Part shown: piece by piece, positions 55,272 through 64,000 of the stretch
Layout: each line of letters begins with the position of its first letter
How positions within the stretch are numbered: the stretch's first letter is position 1
Origin: an uncultured Verrucomicrobiota bacterium
Lineage (GTDB): Bacteria; Verrucomicrobiota; Verrucomicrobiia; Limisphaerales; J093
Assembly (NCBI GenBank): GCA_964568145.1
Contig: CAZMOZ010000016.1
Span: 9,766-73,765 of the forward strand
DNA length: 64,000 nucleotides
Direction: 5' to 3'
The notes under the pieces: generated by a model
Told to the model about the DNA's origin: nothing
What the model saw: only the letters and a program-made list of their open reading frames with translations
Databases searched by the model: none
Made by a program: the position numbers and the translations under genes

Positions 55272-56119
55272 GAGTGTTGCGCGTCGTGCTGTTGGGGGCT
55301 CTCGCCTGCGCGCTGGTGGCGCTGGCGCAGCGCCGCCGCGGCGGGGGCTGGGGCGGATGGGGAATCGGGCCAGACCTCCGCACCGCGCGGGAGATTCCTT
55401 CCGGCAGCACCGGCACGCCGGAATGGACCAACGCGCCGGGCTTCGAAAAGGACGTGTTCACCTTCGTCCGCGTCCGGTACAGCGGCAACGGCGGCGGCCG
55501 GGGCGGCTGGGCCACGGACGTGCCGGACAGCGACTTGAACCTCTCGTGGCGGTTGCAGCAGATGACCGCGATGAAGGTGGACCCGGACGGCCGCATCCTG
55601 CGCCTGACCGATCCGGACCTGGCGGAGTTCCCGTTCATTTACATCGTCGAGCCCGGCGGCCTGTGGCTGGGCGAACCCGAGATCGAGGCGCTCCGTCGCT
55701 ACCTGCTCAACGGCGGCTTTCTGTGGCTGGACGATTTCTGGGGCGAACGCGAGTGGGCCAACTGCGAGGAGGTCCTGCGCCGCGTGTTCCCGGACCGCGA
55801 ATTCACCGAACTGGGCCTCGACCACCCGCTTTACCGCTGCGTGTTCAACATCCGCGAAAAAGGCCAGGTGCCGGCCATCAACATCGGCGTCGCCAGCCAG
55901 TGGACCGGCGACACGCGCGAGCGGCCCGACGCGGGCGAGGTGCATCACCGGGTGATCTACGACGACCGCGGTCGCATCATGGTGCTGGCCACGCACAACA
56001 CCGACAATGGCGATGGCTGGGAGCGCGAGGGCGAACACCCGTATTACTTCGAGCATTTCTCGGAGAAAACCGCCTATCCGCTCGCCGTGAACGTGCTCTT
56101 TTACATCATGACCCACTGA
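55268..56119 (+). CDS. DUF4159 domain protein
   Basis: FTFVRVRY...GWATDVPDSDLNLSWRLQQMT...FPFIYIVEPGGL...LLNGGFLWLDDFWG. ATGA overlap with the upstream stop. Confidence 0.75.
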   Translation: MRVLRVVLLGALACALVALAQRRRGGGWGGWGIGPDLRTAREIPSGSTGTPEWTNAPGFEKDVFTFVRVRYSGNGGGRGGWATDVPDSDLNLSWRLQQMTAMKVDPDGRILRLTDPDLAEFPFIYIVEPGGLWLGEPEIEALRRYLLNGGFLWLDDFWGEREWANCEEVLRRVFPDREFTELGLDHPLYRCVFNIREKGQVPAINIGVASQWTGDTRERPDAGEVHHRVIYDDRGRIMVLATHNTDNGDGWEREGEHPYYFEHFSEKTAYPLAVNVLFYIMTH

Positions 56120-56140
56120 CGTTTCATCCCGACTCCAACC

Positions 56141-57190
56141 ATGAGCTATCCCCCCACCGCCGCCCCCGCCGTGACCCTGCCCGCCGCCGCGCCGCTGTCC
56201 TTCCAGGCCGAACGCGAGGCGGTGCAACGCCTGGTCGCCGGCCGCGCCCAGATCGAGGCCGAGCTGGCCAAGGTGATCGTGGGCCAGCGCGAGGTGATCG
56301 AGCAGATCCTGATCGCCCTGTTCGCCGGCGGGCATTGCCTGATCACCGGCGCGCCCGGCCTGGCCAAGACGCTGCTCGTCAAATCCACCGCCCGCATCTT
56401 CCACCTCCAGTTCCAGCGCATCCAGTTCACGCCGGACCTCATGCCGGCGGACATCACCGGCACGGAGATTCTGCAGGACCACGCCGGCGCGCGGCACATG
56501 GTGTTCGTGCGCGGGCCGGTCTTCGCCCACCTGATCCTGGCCGACGAAATCAACCGCACGCCGCCGAAGACCCAGGCCGCGCTGCTCGAGGCCATGCAGG
56601 AACACCAGGTGACCGTGGCCGGCCAGCGACACGCCCTGCCGGAGCCGTTCTTCGTGCTCGCCACGCAGAATCCGATCGAAATGGAGGGCACCTACCCGCT
56701 GCCCGAGGCGCAACTGGACCGCTTCATGTTCAACGTGGTCATGGACTACCTCCCGGAAGAGCAGGAGGCCGAGGTGGTCCGCCGCACCACGGCCGAGCCG
56801 GCGCCGCCCATCCAGGCGCTGTTCGACACCGGCGACGTGCTGCGCTTTCACGAGCTGGTCCGCCTGGTGCCCATCGCGGATGAATTTGTGCGCTACGCCG
56901 TCCGCCTGGCCGCGGCGTCCCGGCCGCACCAGCCCGGCGCGCCGGAGTTTGTGAACCAGTGGGTGAACTGGGGCGCCGGCACGCGCGCCGGGCAGTTCCT
57001 GGTGCTCGGCGCCAAGGCCCGCGCGCTCTTGCTGGGCCGCGCCCATGTCACCGTCGAGGACATCCGCACGCTCGCGGCGCCGGTGCTGCGGCATCGCCTC
57101 CTGCTCAACTACCGCGCCGAGGCCGAAGGCGTGCGCGTGGACCAGGTCACCCAGCGCCTGCTCGAGACGGTGCCCCCGCCCGTGTCATGA
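56141..57190 (+). CDS. MoxR family AAA+ ATPase
   Basis: Walker A GAPGLAKT, Walker B LILADEINRTPPKTQAALLEAMQE, and VLATQNPIEMEGTYPLPEAQLDRF. Confidence 0.92.
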   Translation: MSYPPTAAPAVTLPAAAPLSFQAEREAVQRLVAGRAQIEAELAKVIVGQREVIEQILIALFAGGHCLITGAPGLAKTLLVKSTARIFHLQFQRIQFTPDLMPADITGTEILQDHAGARHMVFVRGPVFAHLILADEINRTPPKTQAALLEAMQEHQVTVAGQRHALPEPFFVLATQNPIEMEGTYPLPEAQLDRFMFNVVMDYLPEEQEAEVVRRTTAEPAPPIQALFDTGDVLRFHELVRLVPIADEFVRYAVRLAAASRPHQPGAPEFVNQWVNWGAGTRAGQFLVLGAKARALLLGRAHVTVEDIRTLAAPVLRHRLLLNYRAEAEGVRVDQVTQRLLETVPPPVS

Positions 57191-58155
57191 CCCCGCCCGC
57201 CGTCCAGACCGCCGGCCCCGGCCGGTTCATTGACCCGCAGGCGTTGATGAGCATCCGCCACCTCGAACTGCGCGCCCGCGTGGTGGTCGAAGGCTTCTGG
57301 AGCGGCCTGCATCGCAGCCCGTACCACGGCTTTTCGGTCGAGTTCACCGAATACCGCCCGTACACGCCCGGCGACGACCCGCGGTATCTGGACTGGCGCG
57401 TCCTGGCCCGCAGCGACCGCTATTTCGTCAAGCGCTTCGAGGACGAAACCAACCTGCGCTGCCACCTGCTCGTGGACCAGAGCCGCTCCATGACCTTCGG
57501 CTCGCTGGCGGGCACGAAGGCGGACTATGCCGCCACGCTGGCCGCGTCGCTGGCGTATTTCCTCAACCTCCAGGGCGACGCGGTGGGCCTGCTCACCTTC
57601 GATGAGCAGGTGCGCGATTACCTGCCGCCACGGCACCGGCCGGGCCATCTCCGGCAATTGCTGTTCCACCTCGACCGGCCCGCGGCGGGCCGCGGCACCG
57701 ACCTTACGGCGCCGTTGCGGCGCGCCACCGAACTGCTCCGCAAGCGCGGGCTGGTGGTGCTGATCTCCGACTTTCTCGCCCCGCTGGACCGGCTGGACCG
57801 GGCGCTGTTGGAACTCGCCGCCGGCGGACACGAAATCGTGGTCTTCCAGGTGCTGGACCCGGCGGAAGTCGCCTTCGAGTTTCGCACGCCCGCAGTCTTC
57901 GAGGACGCCGAGACCGGCCGCCGGCTGCAACTGGATCCTGTGGCCGCGCGGTCGGATTACCAGCGGCGGCTGGAGGCGCATTGCGCGGCGGTGCATGAAA
58001 TCTGCCGCCGCCTCGGCGCGGGCTACACCCGCCTTGAAACCCGCCAGCCGCTCGAGCTGGCCTTGCTGGAATTCCTCCGCCGCCGGACCGAGCGCGGGCG
58101 GCGCAGCGTGCGCGTGGCCCGCCAGACGGCGCGCCGCGCGGCCGTGGTCGCATGA
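57187..58155 (+). CDS. DUF58 domain protein (vWA-like partner of MoxR)
   Basis: GLHRSPYHGFSVEFTEYRPYTPGDDPRYLDWR...LLVDQSRSM. ATGA overlap with moxR. Confidence 0.88.
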   Translation: MTPPAVQTAGPGRFIDPQALMSIRHLELRARVVVEGFWSGLHRSPYHGFSVEFTEYRPYTPGDDPRYLDWRVLARSDRYFVKRFEDETNLRCHLLVDQSRSMTFGSLAGTKADYAATLAASLAYFLNLQGDAVGLLTFDEQVRDYLPPRHRPGHLRQLLFHLDRPAAGRGTDLTAPLRRATELLRKRGLVVLISDFLAPLDRLDRALLELAAGGHEIVVFQVLDPAEVAFEFRTPAVFEDAETGRRLQLDPVAARSDYQRRLEAHCAAVHEICRRLGAGYTRLETRQPLELALLEFLRRRTERGRRSVRVARQTARRAAVVA

Positions 58156-60263
58156 GCTTTCTGGCGCCATGGTTCTTGCTGGGCGCGCTCGCCGTCGCCG
58201 CGCCGCTGATCTTCCACCTGGTGCGCCGGACCACGCGGGAGCACAGGCGGTTCAGTTCGCTGATGTTTCTCCGGCCGGTGCCGCCGCGCCTGACCCAGCG
58301 CAACCGCCTCGAGCATCTGCTGCTGCTGGCGCTGCGCTGCCTGGTGCTCGTGTTGCTGGCGGCGGGCTTTGCCCGGCCGTTTTTGAACCGCCTCCTGCCC
58401 GCCGCGCCCGCCGGCGAACCGGCCCGCCGCATCGTGGTGCTCGTGGACACCAGCGCCAGCATGCGCCGCGGCGAACTGTGGTCCGAAGCGCTGGCGAAAG
58501 CGGCGGCGGTGTTCCGCCAGGCTTCGCCGGCCGACCAACTGGCGGTGCTCACTTTCGACCGCGAAGTCACGCCACGGCTGACCTTCGATCAATGGAACGC
58601 CGCGCCCGTGGGTGAACGCGCCGCGCTGGCGCGCGCCCAACTCGCGGCGGCCAGTCCCGGCTGGGCCGCGACGTATCTCGACGCCGCCTTGATCCGCGCC
58701 GGCGAACTGGCCGCCGAGACGGACGACACTTCGGCGGCGGTCCAACGCCAGATCATCCTGATCAGCGACCTGCAGGTCGGCAGCCACACCGGCGCGCTCC
58801 AGGCCCATGAATGGCCGAAGGACGTTTCGGTGCGGGTCGAGACCTTGACGGCGCCCGCCGCCGGCAACGCCGCGATCCAATGGCTGCCGGAAAGCGACAC
58901 CGCGGCGCCCGCCGCTGACGCAACCACGGTCCGCCTGCGCGTCGTCAACGCCCCGGACTCCAGCCGCGAGCAGTTCCAAGTGGGCTGGTGGCGCGCCGGC
59001 GCGAATGACTGGGCTGCCCCGCCGCAAGCCGTTTACCTCGCGCCCGGCCAGTCGCGCGTGGTGGCGCTGAGCGTGGTCACGAACACGCCCGCCGAGGTCG
59101 TCAGGCTCTCCGGCGACGCCGAGCCGTTCGACAACACCGCCTTTGTGGTGTCACCGGAGCCGGCGCGCCTGCCGGTGCTGTACGTCGGGCGCGAAGCCAA
59201 AGGCGACACCCGCGCGCCGCGCTTCTTCCTGGCGCGTGCGTTCCAGCCCACGCCGCGCCGCGCCGTGGAAGTGCTCGCGTGGAATCCCGACGTCGCGCCC
59301 GCCCCGGCCGCGGCGGAAGCGGCGTCGCTGGCGGTCGTGACCACGCCCATCACGCCCAACGTGGCCGGCGTGTTGCGCGCCTTGCTGGCCCAAGGCCGTT
59401 GCGTGTTGTTCGCGCCGCCGGACGCGAAGGCGGCGGCGACCCTTGCCGAACTCGCGCCCGGCGCGGCGGTGCCGGTCGAGGACCCGCAGCCGAAGGACTA
59501 CGCGCTGCTCGGGGAAATGGATTTCCGCCATCCGCTGTTCGCGCCGTTTGCCGACCCGCGCTTCAGCGACTTCACGAAGATTCGGTTTTGGAAGCACCGC
59601 CGGTTTGACCTCGCCGCCTGGCCCGAGGTGCGGGTGCTGGCGCGGTTTGATTCCGGCGACCCGGCGATGTTCGAAGCGCCGGCGGGCGCAGGCCGGCTGA
59701 TCGTTTGGGCCGCCGGCTGGCAGCCAGGCGAAAGCCAGCTTGCGCTGTCCACGAAGTTCGTGCCGCTGCTTCACGCCTTGCTCGACCTGAGCGCGGGCGC
59801 GCCGCCCGCCGCCGGCCAGTTCGTTGTGGGCGATGCCATCCCGTTGCCGAAATCCGCGGCGCAAACAACGGCCGGGTTCTCGGTCCTGCGCCCCGACGGC
59901 ACGACCGCGAAGCTTGGCGCGGACGAAACCCATTTCTCGCGGACCACCGAGCCGGGCGTTTACCAGCTCATCGCGGGCGGGACGGTTACGCGCTGGGCGG
60001 TGAACCTCGCGCCGGCCGAAAGCCGCGTCACCCCCCTGCCAACCGATGAACTCGAACGCCTAGGCGTGCCGGTGGCGGCCGCGCGGCCGGCGCCGGAAAT
60101 CGCAGCGGCGCGGGAAACACGCCTGCAACGAGCCGAACTGGAAAGCCGGCAGAAGCTCTGGTGGTGGGTGCTGCTGGCCACGCTCGCGGTGCTGCTCACC
60201 GAAACGGCGCTGGCCGGCTTCGCCGCGCGCCGCGCGGCCTGGAGAACGGAGGCGGCCACATGA
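58152..60263 (+). CDS. BatA-type membrane protein (N-terminal double-TM aerotolerance domain plus vWA)
   Basis: MSFLAPWFLLGALAVAAPLIFHL...LLLLALRCLVLVLLAAGFARP, then VVLVDTSASM (MIDAS-like), and a C-terminal TM. Confidence 0.8.
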   Translation: MSFLAPWFLLGALAVAAPLIFHLVRRTTREHRRFSSLMFLRPVPPRLTQRNRLEHLLLLALRCLVLVLLAAGFARPFLNRLLPAAPAGEPARRIVVLVDTSASMRRGELWSEALAKAAAVFRQASPADQLAVLTFDREVTPRLTFDQWNAAPVGERAALARAQLAAASPGWAATYLDAALIRAGELAAETDDTSAAVQRQIILISDLQVGSHTGALQAHEWPKDVSVRVETLTAPAAGNAAIQWLPESDTAAPAADATTVRLRVVNAPDSSREQFQVGWWRAGANDWAAPPQAVYLAPGQSRVVALSVVTNTPAEVVRLSGDAEPFDNTAFVVSPEPARLPVLYVGREAKGDTRAPRFFLARAFQPTPRRAVEVLAWNPDVAPAPAAAEAASLAVVTTPITPNVAGVLRALLAQGRCVLFAPPDAKAAATLAELAPGAAVPVEDPQPKDYALLGEMDFRHPLFAPFADPRFSDFTKIRFWKHRRFDLAAWPEVRVLARFDSGDPAMFEAPAGAGRLIVWAAGWQPGESQLALSTKFVPLLHALLDLSAGAPPAAGQFVVGDAIPLPKSAAQTTAGFSVLRPDGTTAKLGADETHFSRTTEPGVYQLIAGGTVTRWAVNLAPAESRVTPLPTDELERLGVPVAAARPAPEIAAARETRLQRAELESRQKLWWWVLLATLAVLLTETALAGFAARRAAWRTEAAT

Positions 60264-63200
60264 TCCATCCCGTCCTGCAAGCACGGTTGCGACCCGCCGC
60301 GCGACGCCTGGCGCGACGCGCCTTCTGGTGGCGGCTGGCGGCCGGCTGGGCCGCGGCCGCCGCGCTCGGAGCGACGGTATGGGCGGGCCAGCGGCTCAGC
60401 GGTTGGAGTTCTTCGCTGGCCTGGGTGGTCGCGGCCGGGCTCGGCGTGGTCGTCGCGGGCTGGTTCGCCGCGCGCGGCCGGCGTCATCGCCACGACTGGC
60501 GCGCGCTGGCCGCGCGCATCGAGGCGGCGCACCCCGAACTGGAGGGCCGTCTGCTCACGGCGGTCGAGCAGGACGCCGTGACACTGCATGGGCTGGGCTT
60601 CTTGCAGCAACGCGTCGTCTTCGAGGCCTGCGATCACGCGCAGCGGAACAACTGGCGCCGTAGCGTGCCGTGGTGGGGCTTGCCGCTGGCGCACGCGGCG
60701 CACGTCGTGGCGCTCGCCGCCTTTCTCGTGGTGGTCTGGAGTCTGCGCAGCACCGCCCCGCCCACGCTCCTGGCCGCCCCGCCGGCGCGGGGTCTCACGG
60801 TGACGCCGGGCGACCTCGAGCTCGAACGCGGCCACAGCTTGGTGGTGCTGGCGCGTTTCGGCGGTTTGGTCCCGGCCTCGGCCGACCTGGTGCTTCGCGA
60901 GCCGGGCGCGCCGGAACGCCGCCTGGCGATGACCCGCAGCCTGAACGACCCGCTCTTCGGCGGCAGCGTGGCGGAGGTGACCAACCACCTGACCTACCGC
61001 GTCGAGTACCCCGGCGGCCGCTCGCGGGAATTCACCGTCATGGTCTTCGAGCATCCGCGGCTGGTGGGCGCGGACGCCGATCTCGCGTTCCCCGCCTTCA
61101 CCGCGCTGCCGCCAAAGCGCATTCCCGACACGCGCCGCGTCACGGCCGTGGAAGGCACGCGGGTCACGTTGGCCTTGAGCCTGAACAAGCCCGTGAAGGC
61201 GGCGCGGCTCGTGCCGAAAGACCCGGCCGCCGCGGTCGTGCCGCTGACGCTGGCGAGCAACCAGCCCGCCGCGACGCTGGACGGCTTCACCCTCCAGGCC
61301 AGCCAGACTTACGACCTCCGGCTCGAGGACGCCGACGGCCGCACGAACAAGGAGCCGGCCACGTTCACCTTCAGCGCGCTCCCGAACCGCACGCCCGAGT
61401 TGCGGCTCACCTCGCCGCGCGGCGATCTCCGCCCGTCGCCGATCGAGGAAATCGCCTTCGCCGGCACGGTCTGGGACGACTTCGGCGTGCTGGCCTACGG
61501 CGTGGCACATTTGCGGCCCGGCGACGACCCAGTGTGGATCGAACTCGGCCGCGACACGCCCGGCCGCGAGAAACACGCCTTCAGCCACCTGTTGCGGCTG
61601 GAGGAACTCGCGCTCCAGCCCGAGGACCTGTTGTCCTGGTTCGTCTGGGCCGAGGACCTCGGGCCGGACGGCGAACCGCGCCGCACCACCGGCGACCTGT
61701 TCTTCGGCGAGGTGCGGCCGTTCGACGAAATCTTCCGCGAAGGCGAGGGCATGGCCGGCGGCCAGCAGGCTCAGCAAGGCGGCGAACAGGAGGGCAGTCC
61801 CTCGGCGCAACTGGCGGAGTTGCAGAAACAGATCATGAGCGCCACCTGGAAGCTGCTGCGCGACCAGCCGGCGGCCCGGAACCGCGCGCGGTCTTCACAG
61901 GTCGCGCCCGTGGGTTCGCCGCAATCGTTCGCGCCCAGCCGGCCGGCGGGCCACACCGGACCGCGCAACCTCGTCTTCGGCCGGCCGGACTTCATGGCCC
62001 AGCGCGCGACCGTGCGGCCCGCCCCGGCGCGCCCGCCGACGCCCGCCGCCGACACGGGGAATCGTCGCGAGGCGCCCAAGCCGGGCGACGATCTGGGCGT
62101 GGTGCGCGACGCGCAGGAACAGGCGTTGGAGCAGGCTCACGAGGCGGGCGCCGAGGTCGCGGACCCGCGGCTGGCGGCGCTTTGGGAAACCGCGCAACAA
62201 GCCATGCAGGCCGCGCTCGAAAAACTCGAGGCGGCCGGCAAATCGCCGGAGGCCTTGCTCGAGGCCTTCGCCGCGCAGCAGACGGCGTATCAGGCGCTGC
62301 TCAAGCTCCAGGAGCGCGAGTACGCGGTGTCGCGCGGCCGCAACCAGCAGGGTCAGCGCGGCGGCGGTTCCCGCCAGCAACAAATGCAGCGCCAGCTTGA
62401 CCAGCTCGAGCTCACCCAGTCCGAAAACCGTTACGCCACGGAAAGCCGGGCCCAGGCGCCGGACTCGCCCGAGCGCCGCGAGCAGTTGCAGACCTTGAAC
62501 CGCCTGCGCGAACTCGCCCGCCGCCAGCAGGACCTCAACGAGCGGTTGCGCGAACTCCAGACCGCCCTCGAGGAGGCGCGCACCCCGGCCGAGCGCGAGG
62601 CCATCCGCCGCGAACTCAAGCGGCTTCAGGAACAGGAGCAGCAGGTCCTGGCGGACATGGATGAACTCCAGCAACGTCTCGACCGGCCGGAAAACCAGTC
62701 CCGGCTGGGCGAGACCCGCCAGCAGCTCGAGCAGACCCGGCAGGACGTGCAGCGCGCGGCCGAGGCGCTCGGGGAGGGCGCGGTGTCCCAGGCGCTCGCC
62801 GCCGGCTCGCGCGCCCAGGACCAGATGGAACGGATGCGCGAGGATTTGCGGCGCGCCAGCGCGGGCGAGTTCGCCGAGGAACTGCGCGAACTTCGCGCCG
62901 GCGCCCGCGAACTGACGCGCGAGCAGGAAGCGCTGGCCCGGCAACTGGACGCGCTGAGCGATCCCGGCCGCCGCACCTTGAGCGACGCCGAGGCGCGCCA
63001 GGAACTGCTCGACCGGCTGGCGCAGCAAAAGCAACGGCTGACCAACGTGCTCGGCCAGGCCACCGCCTTGTCCGAGCAAACCGAGGAGGCCGAGCCGCTC
63101 GTGTCGCGCCAGCTTTACGACACCTTGCGCCGGTTCAGCCAGGACGACGCCGTGCAGATGAAACAGATGCGCCAGGAGTTGCTCGAGCGCGGCCTGCTCA

Positions 63201-64000
63201 CGTACAGCCTCGATGACCGCCTGCAACAAGCCGCCGAGCAGGAGGCGCAAGGCCTCGAACTCACCGCCGAGATGCTCCGCCAGGGTTACCTGCGCCAGGC
63301 CGACGCCGCCGAAGCCCGCGCGCGCGCGGACTTGCAGACGCTCCGCCTGGGCGTCGAGCAGGCGGCCGAGAAGGTGCTCGGCGACGACGCCGAGGCGCTG
63401 CGGCTCGCCCAGCGCGAACTCCGCGACCTCACCGAGCAGGTGGAACGCGAAATGGCCGCCGCCGGTGGCATCCCGTCGCAAGATCGCGAAGGCCAGGCGG
63501 GCGACCGCCAGACCGGCCAGGAAGACCGCGCCGGCGAGCGCGAAACGGAACGCCCGGATTCCGCCCAGGCTGGCCGGGAAGCTCGGGAAGGCTCGCCGGC
63601 TGGTGAAGAATCGCCTGAAGCGCAGTCGCAGCGCGGCGAACCGGCGGCGGCCGACCAGGATTCGTCTTCGGCGCAGCAGGCCCAGGCCGGAGACCAAGCC
63701 GGCGGCCAAACAGGCGGCGGTTCGCCGGATTCGCCAAACCAGCCGTCCGGTCCGCGCACCGCGCAGTCAACCGACGCTTCAAACCGCGAAGGCTCCAGCC
63801 AGCGCGAAGGCGGCGGGTCCGCGAACGAGTCTCGTGAGCCCGGCCGCCAGGCCGGTGCGGAAACGCGCGGTGCGGACCGGCTGACCGGCGGCGCCACCTC
63901 GGGCCCCGGCGGCCGCGGCGCGCGGCTGCCGTTCGACCTGGACCAAGTGCTCGGCGGTCCACGCGACCTCGCCGGCGGGCCGATCACCGGCGACGATTTC
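60260..64000 (+). CDS. Very large membrane-anchored coiled-coil protein (partial; runs off the window), possibly DUF4175-like
   Basis: Absent from the ORF track because it has no stop inside the window. My manual translation from ATG 60260 (ATGA overlap with the previous stop) reads MIHPVLQARLRPAARRL...WRLAAGWAAAAALG... through Gln/Glu/Arg-rich heptad-like text (RELARRQQDLNERLRELQTALEEAR) to ...GGPITGDDF with no stop (1247 codons). The long antisense ORFs here are shadows of it. Confidence 0.75.
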   Translation, partial: MIHPVLQARLRPAARRLARRAFWWRLAAGWAAAAALGATVWAGQRLSGWSSSLAWVVAAGLGVVVAGWFAARGRRHRHDWRALAARIEAAHPELEGRLLTAVEQDAVTLHGLGFLQQRVVFEACDHAQRNNWRRSVPWWGLPLAHAAHVVALAAFLVVVWSLRSTAPPTLLAAPPARGLTVTPGDLELERGHSLVVLARFGGLVPASADLVLREPGAPERRLAMTRSLNDPLFGGSVAEVTNHLTYRVEYPGGRSREFTVMVFEHPRLVGADADLAFPAFTALPPKRIPDTRRVTAVEGTRVTLALSLNKPVKAARLVPKDPAAAVVPLTLASNQPAATLDGFTLQASQTYDLRLEDADGRTNKEPATFTFSALPNRTPELRLTSPRGDLRPSPIEEIAFAGTVWDDFGVLAYGVAHLRPGDDPVWIELGRDTPGREKHAFSHLLRLEELALQPEDLLSWFVWAEDLGPDGEPRRTTGDLFFGEVRPFDEIFREGEGMAGGQQAQQGGEQEGSPSAQLAELQKQIMSATWKLLRDQPAARNRARSSQVAPVGSPQSFAPSRPAGHTGPRNLVFGRPDFMAQRATVRPAPARPPTPAADTGNRREAPKPGDDLGVVRDAQEQALEQAHEAGAEVADPRLAALWETAQQAMQAALEKLEAAGKSPEALLEAFAAQQTAYQALLKLQEREYAVSRGRNQQGQRGGGSRQQQMQRQLDQLELTQSENRYATESRAQAPDSPERREQLQTLNRLRELARRQQDLNERLRELQTALEEARTPAEREAIRRELKRLQEQEQQVLADMDELQQRLDRPENQSRLGETRQQLEQTRQDVQRAAEALGEGAVSQALAAGSRAQDQMERMREDLRRASAGEFAEELRELRAGARELTREQEALARQLDALSDPGRRTLSDAEARQELLDRLAQQKQRLTNVLGQATALSEQTEEAEPLVSRQLYDTLRRFSQDDAVQMKQMRQELLERGLLTYSLDDRLQQAAEQEAQGLELTAEMLRQGYLRQADAAEARARADLQTLRLGVEQAAEKVLGDDAEALRLAQRELRDLTEQVEREMAAAGGIPSQDREGQAGDRQTGQEDRAGERETERPDSAQAGREAREGSPAGEESPEAQSQRGEPAAADQDSSSAQQAQAGDQAGGQTGGGSPDSPNQPSGPRTAQSTDASNREGSSQREGGGSANESREPGRQAGAETRGADRLTGGATSGPGGRGARLPFDLDQVLGGPRDLAGGPITGDDF

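Noticed and set aside
52857-63709. Series of long minus-strand ORFs (52857-55244, 55262-57094, 57109-58170, 59960-61810, 61895-63709)
   Set aside because: All are antisense to the recognisable TPR-peptidase/DUF4159/MoxR/DUF58/BatA/coiled-coil genes. They are shadow frames.

Overview
GC-rich bacterial chromosomal segment (about two-thirds G+C by eye). The gene content looks like the PVC superphylum, probably Verrucomicrobiota; this is an inference from a PEP-CTERM protein, Tat-signal Gfo/Idh/MocA oxidoreductases, a Planctomycetes/Verrucomicrobia-type microcompartment locus and a MoxR-DUF58-BatA operon. I can support about 60 protein-coding genes. I saw no rRNA, tRNA or CRISPR array. Housekeeping genes: nrdR, lpxD, panD, polyprenyl synthase, scpA-scpB-pheA-kdsD, and two ECF sigma/anti-sigma pairs. 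Notable blocks: (1) A complete PVM-type bacterial microcompartment (BMC) operon at 39.1-46.8 kb on the minus strand, with a divergent DeoR regulator. It encodes PduL, three BMC-H, AckA, three BMC-P, a CoA-acylating aldehyde dehydrogenase and a class II aldolase. (2) An AmmeMemoRadiSam trio split by an M20 deacylase, a GT4 glycosyltransferase and a Wzx-like flippase (27.2-34.0 kb). (3) A TPR-metallopeptidase/DUF4159/MoxR/DUF58/BatA/giant coiled-coil operon (52.7 kb to the window end). (4) Small accessory cassettes: a DUF433-HTH/PIN-like toxin-antitoxin pair, a DUF4160(nonsense)/DUF2442 pair, a four-helix-bundle (23S-rRNA-IVS/Avd-like) gene and a decayed RHS fragment. The most unusual thing I see is not a gene. 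The intergenic DNA is built from a small vocabulary of short 'word' repeats and REP-like hairpins. Two of the small selfish-looking cassettes sit exactly inside such palindromic elements: the four-helix-bundle ORF lies in the loop of a hairpin within the BMC operon, and the TA pair lies between inverted flank modules. All family assignments come from motif recognition by eye; no searches were run.
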